Positions 29,815 through 40,011 of a stretch of DNA of 64,000 nucleotides are shown in pieces. Position 1 is the stretch's first letter, and every line of letters starts with the position of its first letter. Source of the DNA: Candidatus Fermentibacterota bacterium (GTDB lineage: Bacteria > Fermentibacterota > Fermentibacteria > Fermentibacterales > JCC-6); contig CAWJQI010000004.1 in assembly GCA_963845085.1 (NCBI GenBank), forward strand, positions 704,001-768,000. Reading direction: 5' to 3'. The notes under the pieces were generated by a model. That model ran no database searches. It had not been told where the DNA came from and was given only the letters and a program-made list of their open reading frames with translations. The translations under genes and the position numbers were made by a program.

Positions 29815-30906
29815 ATGGCAAAGGGGCCTGTTTCGGTGACTGGAATGCCGAAGGTTCTGCAGCTGGACATCACGCACCGCTGCAATCTTCGCTGCATCTA
29901 CTGCTTCAAGAAGTTCCTTCCTTCGGTGTTGCAGAACGACACGACTGACGGTCCGGGTGCCGAAATGTCTCTCGAACTGCTTGAAAGGGTGGTAAGGGAG
30001 ATAGCACCGCACGGTACGATACTCGACATAACCGGCGGAGAGCCCTTCCTGAATGAGAGGATCTGGGACCTCATTCCGCTCTGTGTTGACTCCGGCGTCA
30101 GGTTCGAGATCGTCACGAAACACTGCTTTTCGGAAGCGGAGGCGGCACGGCTGAAGGATGCCGGGCTGGAAGGCATCACGGTCAGCCTTGATTCTCCTGT
30201 TTCAGAAAAGGCGGACAGGCTCGTAGGCAAAGCCGGCTTTTTTATTGAAATGACCTCAGGAATCGGGTTTCTTCGAAAACACGGGATAGCAGTCAAGGTC
30301 AAGGCTGTCGTCTGCGACTATACCGCAGATGACGTCGGAGATTTGCTCACGCTTCTCAAAGACCTGGGAGCATCGAAGGTGATGCTTCAGGAATTCAGCC
30401 ACAGCAGCTTCTCCCTTGCGAACAGAAAGCATGACGGTGAAGTCCTCAGGAACAACGCCCTGTTGTCCCTTGGTGATCAGAACCGTTCGTCGATCAAGAG
30501 CCTGGTGAAAAGCACATCTTTCGGCGGGATGGAAGTGATCGATCACCTGAACCCCGACGGCATGCCCACGAAACCATCGCCCTGTCCCGTCCTTCTCGGA
30601 CGCATGTTTCTAAGGCCGGATGGCAGGGTGCTGTTTTGCGGCCAGATACAGGAACTTGTCGTTGGCGACGCCAGAGACAATTCCATCTTCGAGATATGGA
30701 ATTCTGAGGAGATGGGGACTCTGATGAACCCCGAAAAGAAGCTGTTCGAGGGCACTGATTGCACGGCCTGCGACAAGTTTCAAAAGTGCAGCAGCCTGGG
30801 GCGTTGTCCGGGCTACGCTCTGCTCAGGTACAAGCGCCTGTTCGCGCCGGACGAAAACCGCCTCTGCCGTTACTTCGGCAGGAAGGCTGCGGCTGACGGA
30901 GGATAG
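29815..30906 (+). CDS. Radical SAM/SPASM-domain maturase
   Basis: CNLRCIYC, TGGEPF, SLDS; SPASM cysteines C...DGRVLFC...CTAC...C...GRCP...C. Confidence 0.92.
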   Translation: MAKGPVSVTGMPKVLQLDITHRCNLRCIYCFKKFLPSVLQNDTTDGPGAEMSLELLERVVREIAPHGTILDITGGEPFLNERIWDLIPLCVDSGVRFEIVTKHCFSEAEAARLKDAGLEGITVSLDSPVSEKADRLVGKAGFFIEMTSGIGFLRKHGIAVKVKAVVCDYTADDVGDLLTLLKDLGASKVMLQEFSHSSFSLANRKHDGEVLRNNALLSLGDQNRSSIKSLVKSTSFGGMEVIDHLNPDGMPTKPSPCPVLLGRMFLRPDGRVLFCGQIQELVVGDARDNSIFEIWNSEEMGTLMNPEKKLFEGTDCTACDKFQKCSSLGRCPGYALLRYKRLFAPDENRLCRYFGRKAAADGG

Positions 30907-30997
30907 CCCACCGAAGTGTTTTCCGATCCTTGAAGGGTGAAAGGGAACGCGCGCCTTCAGGCAGGAATGCTCCGCGATGCATGAGTGAAGCCGGGAA

Positions 30998-32107
30998 TCA
31001 GCGAACGGTCCTGACCAGCCGGAAGCCCAGGAACGAATATGTATTGCCCGAACTGATGTATTCCCGGTGGGCTGAGCGGCAGTAACGGCCGCTGATGATC
31101 CACCCGCCGCCGCGCACCAGGTGGTTTGCCGACCCCTCGATCCAGGGGCTGCCGTCGGTCGGGGCTCCGACGTAGCTGTTGTGCCAGGTATCGAGACACC
31201 ACTCCCAGCCATTGCCGCTCATATCAGAAAGACCCAGGGGGTTGGGCATCTTCTCTCCAACGGGATGGGTTTCACCGCCCGAGTTTTCACTGAACCAGGC
31301 GTACTGCCAGATCTGGCTGTAATCCGGATCGTCACCCCAGTAGAACCTTGTCGCTGTTCCCGCCCTGCAGGCGTACTCCCACTCCGCCTCGCTGGGAAGG
31401 CGGTATGCATGCACGGGGTCCAGTTCGTTCATCTCATCCACAAACAGCTGGCACTTATCCCAGAGGATGCTGTCAACGGGGCGGTCAGGCCCCAGGAACC
31501 ATGACGGATCGGAGCTGATGCCCTTCATCAGCTCTTCCCACATCGCCTGCGTGACTTCGGTGGTCATTATTTCGTAGGAGTAATCAAAGGTCACGGTATG
31601 AACCGGGCGCTCCGTTTCGAATGAGCCCGGATCAGCTGCAGGCGAACCCATCTCGAAGGAGCCTGCGGGAACCGCCACGAACTCCATGCCTTCGGGAAGC
31701 GGGACTTCCGGGGTTGCCACTTCCACTTCGCTGCTCCAGGATGCAAGCCCCTGCGTGTTTCTTGTGAGCAGTGCGTAGTGATAAACAGAGCCCCAGAGCA
31801 CCCCGTCATCGATGAACTGGGTAATGAAGGCACTGGGCTGGGAACCCAGGTTGCAGGCGCCTGCGGTATCGAGAGCAATGCCTGGGTCGGGTGAGCGGAA
31901 CAGCGTATAGCTTTCAAAATCGCTGTCAGGGCAGGTCGTCCAGTCCACGGTGACCTGGCACACCATGGGAGGGTCCTCGGTTTCCCCGGTGAATACCGCG
32001 GAAATGTCCGATGGGGTGGGGTTCCCTGATTCTGATGGGTTGTCGCTGCACCCAACAAGCAGAAAGACCGCTGGAAATACCGGATACAGATACTGATGAA
32101 TTCTCAT
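30998..32107 (-). CDS. FGE-sulfatase (SUMF1) domain lipoprotein with N-terminal FN3-like domain
   Basis: Lipobox LVGC, FEMGS, RLPSEAEWEYACRAG, DMSGNGWEWC, GFRLVR. Confidence 0.92.
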   Translation of the reverse strand: MRIHQYLYPVFPAVFLLVGCSDNPSESGNPTPSDISAVFTGETEDPPMVCQVTVDWTTCPDSDFESYTLFRSPDPGIALDTAGACNLGSQPSAFITQFIDDGVLWGSVYHYALLTRNTQGLASWSSEVEVATPEVPLPEGMEFVAVPAGSFEMGSPAADPGSFETERPVHTVTFDYSYEIMTTEVTQAMWEELMKGISSDPSWFLGPDRPVDSILWDKCQLFVDEMNELDPVHAYRLPSEAEWEYACRAGTATRFYWGDDPDYSQIWQYAWFSENSGGETHPVGEKMPNPLGLSDMSGNGWEWCLDTWHNSYVGAPTDGSPWIEGSANHLVRGGGWIISGRYCRSAHREYISSGNTYSFLGFRLVRTVR

Positions 32108-32193
32108 ATCCCCACCTTCCATGGCGCTTAAATCTGAGATAATAGATACATCGCTCAAGCGCTGTAGACAACTCCCGGCAATGGTCCGGCCGG

Positions 32194-33018
32194 TCAGCTG
32201 AGGGAAGTCTTCAACCCCTGCCTGAACCCCCAGTAGTGAAAGACATCCATATCCGGAGGAATATCCTCTCCGTGGTCTCCGCGGCCGGTCGCCAAATCCG
32301 TATGGGCTCCGTGGTCGGGGGCAAAGAGAATCGCGCGGTTGAAGCCTCCCCAGTACCGGTCAATCGCACCGGAAAGCTTCATGAAGCCTTCAGTGTGATT
32401 CCCGGCCGCCCTGAGGGCTTCATTCGAGAAAGGCGTTGAGCGGTGCAATGCATCGTCGTACTCCTGGTGGTAGGCGAGCACGAAGTCATGCTTCCCGTCC
32501 GCAATCAGCGAAATGGCGCGGTCTGTCACCTGCGGATCGTACTGCTCTGAAAAGAAGTCCACAGCCCTGTTCCTGAAAATGACATCAATGCTGCAGTTCC
32601 GCACCGAGACTACTGCAGTGCGCTTCCCGTTCCGAGCCAGTGCATCGAACAATGTGTCGCAGGTCAGAACGGGTTTTTCATACTTCCGTATGCCGTGCTG
32701 TTCAGGCGCCATCCCCGAGAACATTGAAGCGAAGCAGACCGGCGTTTTGGGAGGAACCACGGATCGCAGGGAAAGCCTGAGCGGAGCCACCGAGCCCACC
32801 GTATTGAAGAGATCGGGGCGTACATCCGCCAGGTGACAACCCATGGCATCGGGCGCGAACACAAGGCACTTCTCGGCGCTCCCTCCCCCGAACACCCTTT
32901 CCGCCTCAAGAACAACTTCGCGCTGAACTCCCGCGGTTGATCCGCGGGGGGCGGGTATTCCCATGAGGGCGCAGAGCGTGGGTGCAACGGAAGCAATGGT
33001 TTCCCGGGCGCTATTCAT
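32194..33018 (-). CDS. Alkaline phosphatase superfamily (nucleotide pyrophosphatase-like) protein
   Basis: APDAMG, TPVCFASMFSG, YDDALH, APDHGAH...DHG. Confidence 0.75.
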   Translation of the reverse strand: MNSARETIASVAPTLCALMGIPAPRGSTAGVQREVVLEAERVFGGGSAEKCLVFAPDAMGCHLADVRPDLFNTVGSVAPLRLSLRSVVPPKTPVCFASMFSGMAPEQHGIRKYEKPVLTCDTLFDALARNGKRTAVVSVRNCSIDVIFRNRAVDFFSEQYDPQVTDRAISLIADGKHDFVLAYHQEYDDALHRSTPFSNEALRAAGNHTEGFMKLSGAIDRYWGGFNRAILFAPDHGAHTDLATGRGDHGEDIPPDMDVFHYWGFRQGLKTSLS

Positions 33019-33821
33019 GGGCAGTCTCCTTCTTTACAGCGATCACATGATTCATCAGGCTTTACAGCCACCAGTGCGAGCTGGTCTTTTCCCTTTTCGT
33101 ATGGTCTTCCGCTGAAACCGCCGAAGGTCTGGAAGCCGCCAAACCCCTTGGATCCAAGAAGGGCAAGATACTCTTCGAGGGAGTAGATCCGCATTCCGTA
33201 CCTGTACTCCCGGCGCGAAGCGCCGCACAGCACGATCCAGCGGGTCGTGTTCCAGGTCCAGTCCTCATTCGCCTCGGTTTCCTCAAGCCTGAACCTGCCT
33301 TCGCCCTCTTCATGCCAGTACCTGGAATACCTTTCAGGTCGCAGCGCCATCAGCGTTTCACGGGTAACACCCTGGAGAAGAAGCTTTCCGCCTGGTTTCA
33401 GGGAATGAAAGCAGTTCTCAATGACACTCTCATCATCCGCCGGATCCTGAAAATACCCGAAGGAATTGTACACCATCGTTATGCTGTCGAAACTCTCGCG
33501 CTCCCTGAACTCCCTCATGTCCGCGCACAGAAACCTGGCATCCAGGTTTTCATCCCGTGCCTTCTGCGACGCTTCGGCGATGAATGCGGGGTTGAGGTCG
33601 ACGCCCGTGACCCTGTAGCCAAGTGCGGACAATGCCAGGGCGTGCCTGCCGAACCCGCACGCCAGGTCAAGCACGGAAGCCCCGGGCTTCATCTCCAGCA
33701 GCCCTGCAATGCTTTCGGCCGCGACGGACGACATCTCAATGCGTTTCTCACTCCAGATGAACCCGCGATTGGCTTCCCAGTATTCCTGATCGGCAAACCA
33801 ATCACCAGAAGGTTGTTGCAT
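33015..33821 (-). CDS. Class I SAM-dependent methyltransferase
   Basis: VLDLACGFGRH, GVDLN, SFGYF, LKPGG. Confidence 0.92.
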   Translation of the reverse strand: MQQPSGDWFADQEYWEANRGFIWSEKRIEMSSVAAESIAGLLEMKPGASVLDLACGFGRHALALSALGYRVTGVDLNPAFIAEASQKARDENLDARFLCADMREFRERESFDSITMVYNSFGYFQDPADDESVIENCFHSLKPGGKLLLQGVTRETLMALRPERYSRYWHEEGEGRFRLEETEANEDWTWNTTRWIVLCGASRREYRYGMRIYSLEEYLALLGSKGFGGFQTFGGFSGRPYEKGKDQLALVAVKPDESCDRCKEGDCP

Positions 33822-34087
33822 CGCTTCCTCCAAAGCTCATGTATTCCGTCTTGTTGGAATATGTGTCATGTGGCCGAAAGCGTTTCATACGAGCACTGTG
33901 AGACGGGAGTTCTGTTCCCCGCCGCCGCTCTGCAGTCCTCCGGGCTTGGAATTGATGGAAGGATCACCGGGTGCATTGATGCGAACATCTGTCGGTGCTT
34001 GACGAAAGCCGACGTCGTAAATTCAATTATCTTATCCTTATCGATTTTGTACCATTTGTGCAATGTGTTGAAAGGAGGGAACCGCTC

Positions 34088-35933
34088 TTGAACCTGAAGA
34101 GAAAGATCCTTGCTGGATACGGCATTGCAGTGGTTTTGATGGGAATGGTCATCACATGGTCGGTTGTGAACCTGGTTGTACTGGGCAGTGCAACGCGATC
34201 AATTCTCGAGGAGAACTACAGGAGCATCCTGGCGGCGGAGAACATGGTCGATGCTCTGGAGAGACAGGACAGCGCCGTCCTGCTGCTGTTTCTCACGGAG
34301 AAGGAAGAAGGCCTGACCCTCTACAGAGAACACGAGGCAGCATTTCTTCAGTGGCTTGCCCGGGCAAAGGACAATGTAACCATCGATGGGGAAGCGGCTC
34401 TCGTCCAGAGCATTGAAAACGGTTACCTTGATTACCGCAATGTCTTCTTCAGCCTCACCGATGCCTCGGAGGATGGCACTGCAGCCGCACCTGCAGACAT
34501 CGAGGACTACTGGGAGTCGGTATACCCCGTATTCACTGCGGTAAGGGATTCGTGTATCCAGCTCAGAAACCTCAACGAAACTACAATGTACGATACCAGC
34601 CTGAGAGCCGGTCGGAGTGCAAACCGTGCCATCTGGTCAACGGTCGGGGTGTCCACGACCGCTCTGCTGCTTGCTTTGGCTTTCAGCCTGGTCCTTGCCG
34701 GCCGGATCACGAAACCCATCGAGGGCTTCATGAATGCCTCACGGAAGATATCTGCTGGTGACTATTCCGTATGCGTCCCTGTCGAAACCGATGATGAGCT
34801 GGGGAGTCTTGCAAAAGAGTTCAACAGCATGGCCTCCAAGCTGTCGGACTACAATGCCATAAACATTGAGCAACTCATTGCAGAGAAGCAAAAAGGGGAA
34901 GCGATACTTTCAAGCATTGAAGACGGCATGCTGGTGTTTGACCCCGGCATGAAAGTGGCCGCGATCAATCCCGCCGCTGCGGAGATCCTGGGGCTGGGCT
35001 ATCCCCGCTGTTCCGGGATGACATGCAGCGAGCTGTTTTCCAGCAGGAATCTGTGCGACCTGATCAGAACAACGGTTGATACCGGCCTTCATCAGGAGGT
35101 TCCCGATGAGAACCGGCTTGTTTCTTTCCCGGGCAGGAATGGAGAGCGGCACTACCTGTTCTCGGTAACCCCGATTCGTGGCCATGATTCGCATCTGACC
35201 GGGATTGTTCTGCTGCTGCGGGATGTGACCAGGCTCACGGAAGTCGAACGAACGAAAAGCGAATTCGTTTCCGCAGCTGCGCACGAGCTGCGAACCCCCC
35301 TGACGGGCATTGAGATGAGTATAGACCTGCTGATGGAGCAGGCCTCAAGGTTTGAAGACAGGGACGTTGAGCTTCTGAGAGTTGCCCAGGCCGAAACCCT
35401 GCGAATGAAGGCGCTTGTGAATGACCTGCTTGACCTGTCCAGGCTGGAGTCGGGTGTCATCGAGATGAATATTCGAGGAGGTGGGAGTTCCCTCACTCTT
35501 CCAGAAAACGGATGAGATCTTCTCGCTGCAGATGGAAAAGGCGGGAGTGAGCCTGGTCGTAGATCAGGTCGGACAGCTGCCGCCCGTCAGGGCGGATTCC
35601 AACAAGATCATGTGGGTGATATCCAATCTTGTGGCCAACGCCCTCCGCTTCGTTTCCAGGGGCGGGCGCATCACTCTTTCAGCAAAACAGGTCCGATCAC
35701 AGGTTCACATCTCCGTAACGGATGACGGTGCGGGGATCCCTTTGGAGTACCAATCGAGGATATTCCAGAGGTTCGTGCAGGTCAGGGGAAAAGACACGGG
35801 AGGCACAGGCCTTGGGCTCGCCATCTGCAGAGAGATGGTCAGGGCTCACGGCGGAACGATCTGGGTTGAATCGACTCCCGGACTCGGCAGCACGTTCACA
35901 TTTACACTGCCTGCTGTAGAAAAGGTGACATAA
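34088..35933 (+). pseudogene. Sensor histidine kinase (sensor-HAMP-PAS-HisKA-HATPase) with one frameshift near 35470
   Basis: AAHELRTPL in ORF ending 35515; HATPase (NLVANA, DDGAGI, GTGLGL) in ORF 35481-35933. Removing one base at aatattcgag rejoins them as MNFEEVGVPSLF. Confidence 0.85.
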
Positions 35934-36607
35934 TGCAGAAAAAACCCATTCTTGTCGTTGACGATGAAGCCAACATCCGGCTGACAATGAGCAGGGCGCT
36001 GGAGCAGCTGCATACCGAAATACACACCGCGGTGAACGGTGAGGAAGCGCTGGACAAAATCGAAAAGAACGACTACAGCCTTGTTTTTCTCGATCTGAAA
36101 CTGCCGGGCATGGACGGGCTTTCCGTTCTGAAGAGAATATCCGAATCAAAGCCTTCCACACGTGTCATCATGATCACCGCGCACGGATCCATCGACTCGG
36201 CGGTGGAAGCCATGAAGCTCGGATCGGTTGACTTCATTCAAAAACCGTTCAGCCCGTCGGAGATACGGGATGTTGCAAGGTCGGTGATTCAAAGGGACAT
36301 GGCTGGCGAAACGAATGCCGGAAGCTATCCCCAGCTTCTTGAACGCGCGAAAAAGAACATCACCGACAGGGACTTCGGTGCTGCAATGAATGTGCTGCTG
36401 AAAGCCATCGTTGCCAAACCCGGCCAGCCCGAAGCCTACAACCTTCTGGGAGCGGTGCACGAGATCAAGGGCGAGCTCGCTGAGGCTCAGAAGTACTACA
36501 GGGCATCTCTCGATTTCAACTCGGGGTTCAGGCCGGCCCAGGTGAATCTCATGAGGGTTACCTCATTCGACAAAGAAGGAACGATAGACATGGACACAAA
36601 GGTCTGA
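35933..36607 (+). CDS. Response regulator (REC) with C-terminal TPR
   Basis: ILVVDDE, LDLKLPGMDG, ITAHG, KPF; PEAYNLLG TPR. Confidence 0.92.
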   Translation: MQKKPILVVDDEANIRLTMSRALEQLHTEIHTAVNGEEALDKIEKNDYSLVFLDLKLPGMDGLSVLKRISESKPSTRVIMITAHGSIDSAVEAMKLGSVDFIQKPFSPSEIRDVARSVIQRDMAGETNAGSYPQLLERAKKNITDRDFGAAMNVLLKAIVAKPGQPEAYNLLGAVHEIKGELAEAQKYYRASLDFNSGFRPAQVNLMRVTSFDKEGTIDMDTKV

Positions 36608-36610
36608 TCA

Positions 36611-37048
36611 GTGAGCAAGTTCATCGTGATTGTCGGGTGCGGGCGACTCGGGGCTTCACTCGCAGGTGATCTCAGCCGGCAAGGCCATTCCGTGGTGGTA
36701 ATCGACAGGAAGGAAAACGCCTTCTCCGGACTGCCCACCGACTACAGCGGTTTCAAGGTTCAGGGTGACGCTTCTCAGCACCTTGTGATGAAGAGTGCGG
36801 GGGCTGACAAGGCGGATATTTTCATAGCTGCCACCAATGAAGACAACCTCAACCTGATGGCCGCTCAGGTCGCTTCCGAGGTCTTTGGTGTTTCCATCGT
36901 GATGGCTCGGGTATTCGACCCGGAGAAGCAGAAAGCGTACGAAGATCTCCGAATTCGCACGATCTGCCCTAATGCTGTTGCAGTGAATCTGTTCCTTGAA
37001 GCTCTTCAGTTCCTTGAAGCCCTTGAAGAAGCTGGAGCAAAACAATGA
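36611..37048 (+). CDS. TrkA-N (RCK-N only) potassium uptake protein
   Basis: IVGCGRLG, VIDR, GDA, ATNEDNLN. Confidence 0.88.
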   Translation: MSKFIVIVGCGRLGASLAGDLSRQGHSVVVIDRKENAFSGLPTDYSGFKVQGDASQHLVMKSAGADKADIFIAATNEDNLNLMAAQVASEVFGVSIVMARVFDPEKQKAYEDLRIRTICPNAVAVNLFLEALQFLEALEEAGAKQ

Positions 37049-37719
37049 AGGTGATCCTCGCGGGAAGCGGCAAAACCCTCTTCTTCCTTTGCAGAAGCTT
37101 CGCGTCCAAGGGCTTCGATGTTGTGGTGATAAACAACGACAGGGAGGAGTGCGGCAGGCTTTCCAGGCAGCTCAGGGCAAGGATTGTGTACGGCGACTGC
37201 AGCGACCCGTGCATTCTGAAGGATGCCGGCGCGATGGAAGCCGATGCGGTGCTTGCAATAACCGAGAGCGATCAGGCAAACCTCGTCACCTGCCAGCTCG
37301 CCTCCAGGATGTTCGGTGTGAAAAGAATCGTCGCATTGGCGAACGACCCCGACAACGAGGCGGTCTTCGTCAGGCTGGGCGTACCCTCATTCTCTACAGC
37401 AAACATCATTGGAAGCCTGGTTGTCCAGATAGCATCCACCGAACTTGTCACCAACCTGTTGCCGGTGTGCAGCGGCAGGGTTTTGATGACTGAAGTCGTC
37501 CTCAGCGCAGGCTCGCCAATCCTCGGGAAAACCCTGAAGGACTTGTCCCTGCCCGATGATTCCCTTGTGGCGGTGATCATCAGGAACGGCGAACCAATAG
37601 TCCCGAGCGGCTTGAGCAGAATGCTCGAAGGGGATACCGTGGTTCTCATGACCCTTCCCGAAAACCATGGCCAGGTTTTGCGCACGTTCACCGGTGAAAA
37701 GGATTCATCACGCCGGTGA
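37045..37719 (+). CDS. trkA: TrkA-family potassium uptake protein (RCK-N plus RCK-C)
   Basis: YGDCSD, TESDQAN, C-terminal SPILGKTL...IIRNGE...EGD. Confidence 0.85.
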   Translation: MKVILAGSGKTLFFLCRSFASKGFDVVVINNDREECGRLSRQLRARIVYGDCSDPCILKDAGAMEADAVLAITESDQANLVTCQLASRMFGVKRIVALANDPDNEAVFVRLGVPSFSTANIIGSLVVQIASTELVTNLLPVCSGRVLMTEVVLSAGSPILGKTLKDLSLPDDSLVAVIIRNGEPIVPSGLSRMLEGDTVVLMTLPENHGQVLRTFTGEKDSSRR

Positions 37720-39194
37720 GACACCGCGAATACCTCCGACAGCGGTACGCCGCCATGCTGACATCGGTTGGCAGCATACTCGCTCTGGCGGGATCGATCA
37801 TGCTCACCCCGCTTTTCATACTTCCGTTTTATCCCCGTGAATCAGGTCTTTCACTGGCTTTTCTCGCACCGGCGCTGTTCATGCTTCTTGTTGGCCTGAT
37901 TCTGAAAAAGGCGTTTGGCAAGTCATCCACATCCGACCTGACCATATCGGAGGGCGGTGTTATCGTTCTTCTCAGCTGGGTCTCGGTAACCGTCGTATCC
38001 GCGGTCCCGTTCCAGATCGTGTCAGGTTTGTCGTTCTCCCAGGCGGTTTTTGAATCGGTAAGCGGCTGGACCACCACCGGGCTCTCCCTTGTTGATGTAA
38101 ACTCGGCGGGGCCCATGATACTCCTCTGGCGAAGCATCATGCAGTTCTTCGGTGGTGCGGGGCTCGCCATTCTGATTCTCTCGTCCGTTGTCGGGAACAC
38201 GGGCATCGGGATAACGAGCGCCGAAGGCCGCGGGGACCAGCTTGAACCGAATGTGAGGCGGTCTGCAAGGCTTGTCATGATTATCTACTGCATCTATGCA
38301 GTTCTTGGGATCGTCGCATATGTGCTGGCCGGAATGTCGTTGTTTGATGCTGTGAACCACAGTTTCGCCGCCATATCAACCGGCGGGTTTTCCACAAGAC
38401 AGGCAAGCATCGGCTATTGGAATTCCCCGGTGATAGAGGGGATTACCATTGTCCTGATGCTGCTTGGAAACCTGAGCTTCGTGACGGCCTGGTTCCTGTG
38501 GCGGGGCAGCCTGAAAACAGCTCTGGGGAGCGGTGAGGTCCGCCTTCAGACCATTCTTCTGGTCTCCACCGTCACCGGATTGATTTTTCTTACCTGCGGA
38601 GGTTTCTTCGCATTGTCGGAACAGGGCGTCAGATCAGCGGTCTTCGAAGCGGTCAGTGCCTCAACAACAACCGGGTTCACGATATCGAACTATTCAACCT
38701 GGAATCCCTTCGGCATTTTTGTGCTCATCGTTCTCATGCTCATCGGAGGGGGGACATGCTCGACCGCAGGCGGCATAAAGCAGTTCAGGGTCTATCTTCT
38801 CCTCAAAACCCTTCTCTGGGAGATGAAGTGTTTCCTTCTGCCGAAGTCCGTGGTGCTTGACCTGTCCGTGAAGGAGGGAGGCGGACTTGTGTTCCCTGAC
38901 GCGGACAAGGTAAGGCAGGCTGGAACCTTTGCATTCATGTACATGGTGGTCTTTCTCTTGGGCTCCCTTGCGCTCATGGCCTTCGGGTATTCAACACAGG
39001 ATTCTCTGTTTGAATTCGGTTCCGCTCTTGGTACAACCGGGCTTTCCATAGGAGTAACCTCCCAAAGCATGCCGACACCTGTGGTATGGATACTGACGGT
39101 TGCAATGTTTCTCGGAAGGCTTGAGTTCCTTGTCGTTTTCGTCAGCATTGCCAAGATAGGCAGAGACCTCCGGGCAATGACAGGCAAACACTGA
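37716..39194 (+). CDS. trkH: TrkH-family potassium uptake membrane protein
   Basis: FESVSGWTTTGLS, STGGFS, STAGGIK, SALGTTGLS, MFLGRLE. Confidence 0.95.
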   Translation: MRHREYLRQRYAAMLTSVGSILALAGSIMLTPLFILPFYPRESGLSLAFLAPALFMLLVGLILKKAFGKSSTSDLTISEGGVIVLLSWVSVTVVSAVPFQIVSGLSFSQAVFESVSGWTTTGLSLVDVNSAGPMILLWRSIMQFFGGAGLAILILSSVVGNTGIGITSAEGRGDQLEPNVRRSARLVMIIYCIYAVLGIVAYVLAGMSLFDAVNHSFAAISTGGFSTRQASIGYWNSPVIEGITIVLMLLGNLSFVTAWFLWRGSLKTALGSGEVRLQTILLVSTVTGLIFLTCGGFFALSEQGVRSAVFEAVSASTTTGFTISNYSTWNPFGIFVLIVLMLIGGGTCSTAGGIKQFRVYLLLKTLLWEMKCFLLPKSVVLDLSVKEGGGLVFPDADKVRQAGTFAFMYMVVFLLGSLALMAFGYSTQDSLFEFGSALGTTGLSIGVTSQSMPTPVVWILTVAMFLGRLEFLVVFVSIAKIGRDLRAMTGKH

Positions 39195-39494
39195 CCCTGC
39201 ACTCATTGCCGTGTGCAGACAGGGGAATAACCATGGGATGCTCGAGCAGCCACGGTTCCGGGATGTTGCCGGGAACGACACCCTTCACTTCCTTGTGCCG
39301 TATGAATCGAATTGCTGGTGGTTTACGACGAAACCCATGTCAGCGGAGACTTCCCCATGATACAGACAATGGGGGAACATTCTGAATACCGCAGGGCATC
39401 ATTCACGGAGTCGGCAGGATAGCTGGCTGCTCTTTGTCGAACGGGGGGATCAACGCGCCCTGTGCCAACTTCAGGGCACTTGAACGATCAGGCA

Positions 39495-39752
39495 CTATCG
39501 GTACGCATCCTTCCTGTGCCTGGCCCTCACAACAAAGACAACAAGCTCGAAGTCCCTGATCTCATACAGAACCCTGTATACACCACACCTCAATCTGTAC
39601 TTCTCTTCGCCGGACAGCTTCCGGGACTGCGGTGGACGGGGATCTTCGGCCAGACCCTCAATCGCCGAGACGATTCGTCTCATGTCACTCTTCGGGATTC
39701 CGTCGAGGTCTTTGTAAACCGACTGCGCTACAAGGATTCTATATCCTGCCAT
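39495..39752 (-). CDS. RelE/ParE-family toxin
   Basis: LAEDPRPPQSRKLSG, YRLRCGVYRVLYEI, HRKDAYR. Confidence 0.92.
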   Translation of the reverse strand: MAGYRILVAQSVYKDLDGIPKSDMRRIVSAIEGLAEDPRPPQSRKLSGEEKYRLRCGVYRVLYEIRDFELVVFVVRARHRKDAYR

Positions 39753-39972
39753 CACGCTTGAGCCTGTTGACGAATTCCTCAAAACCAACGACGGGTTCAG
39801 CTTGGCGATCGCGGAATGCTGCCAGATCATCGGCATCGGAGGCAAGCTCGTTGCGGATGGCATCGTTGACCATGTCGGATATGGAGTAGGAGGTTTCTGC
39901 CGATTTTATTCGCAATGCCTTGTGAAGTTCAGGCTCAAGGTAGACTGTGGCGCGTTTGGTCAGTTCAGTCAT
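39739..39972 (-). CDS. CopG/RHH antitoxin
   Basis: KRATVYLEPELHKALRIKSAE...SISDMVNDAIR; overlaps the toxin start. Confidence 0.88.
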   Translation of the reverse strand: MTELTKRATVYLEPELHKALRIKSAETSYSISDMVNDAIRNELASDADDLAAFRDRQAEPVVGFEEFVNRLKRDGRI

Positions 39973-40011
39973 GATTCGCCTCCTTTCCAGATCGTAAATA
40001 ACGCTGTAACG

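Noticed and set aside
30998..31110. FGE-domain C-terminus as a diversity-generating retroelement target
   Set aside because: No template repeat copy and no reverse transcriptase seen in the window; a remote DGR cannot be excluded.
33850..34080. Possible c-di-AMP riboswitch or KdpE box upstream of the potassium locus
   Set aside because: Only an AT-rich promoter-like stretch is visible; I could not match the conserved motifs.
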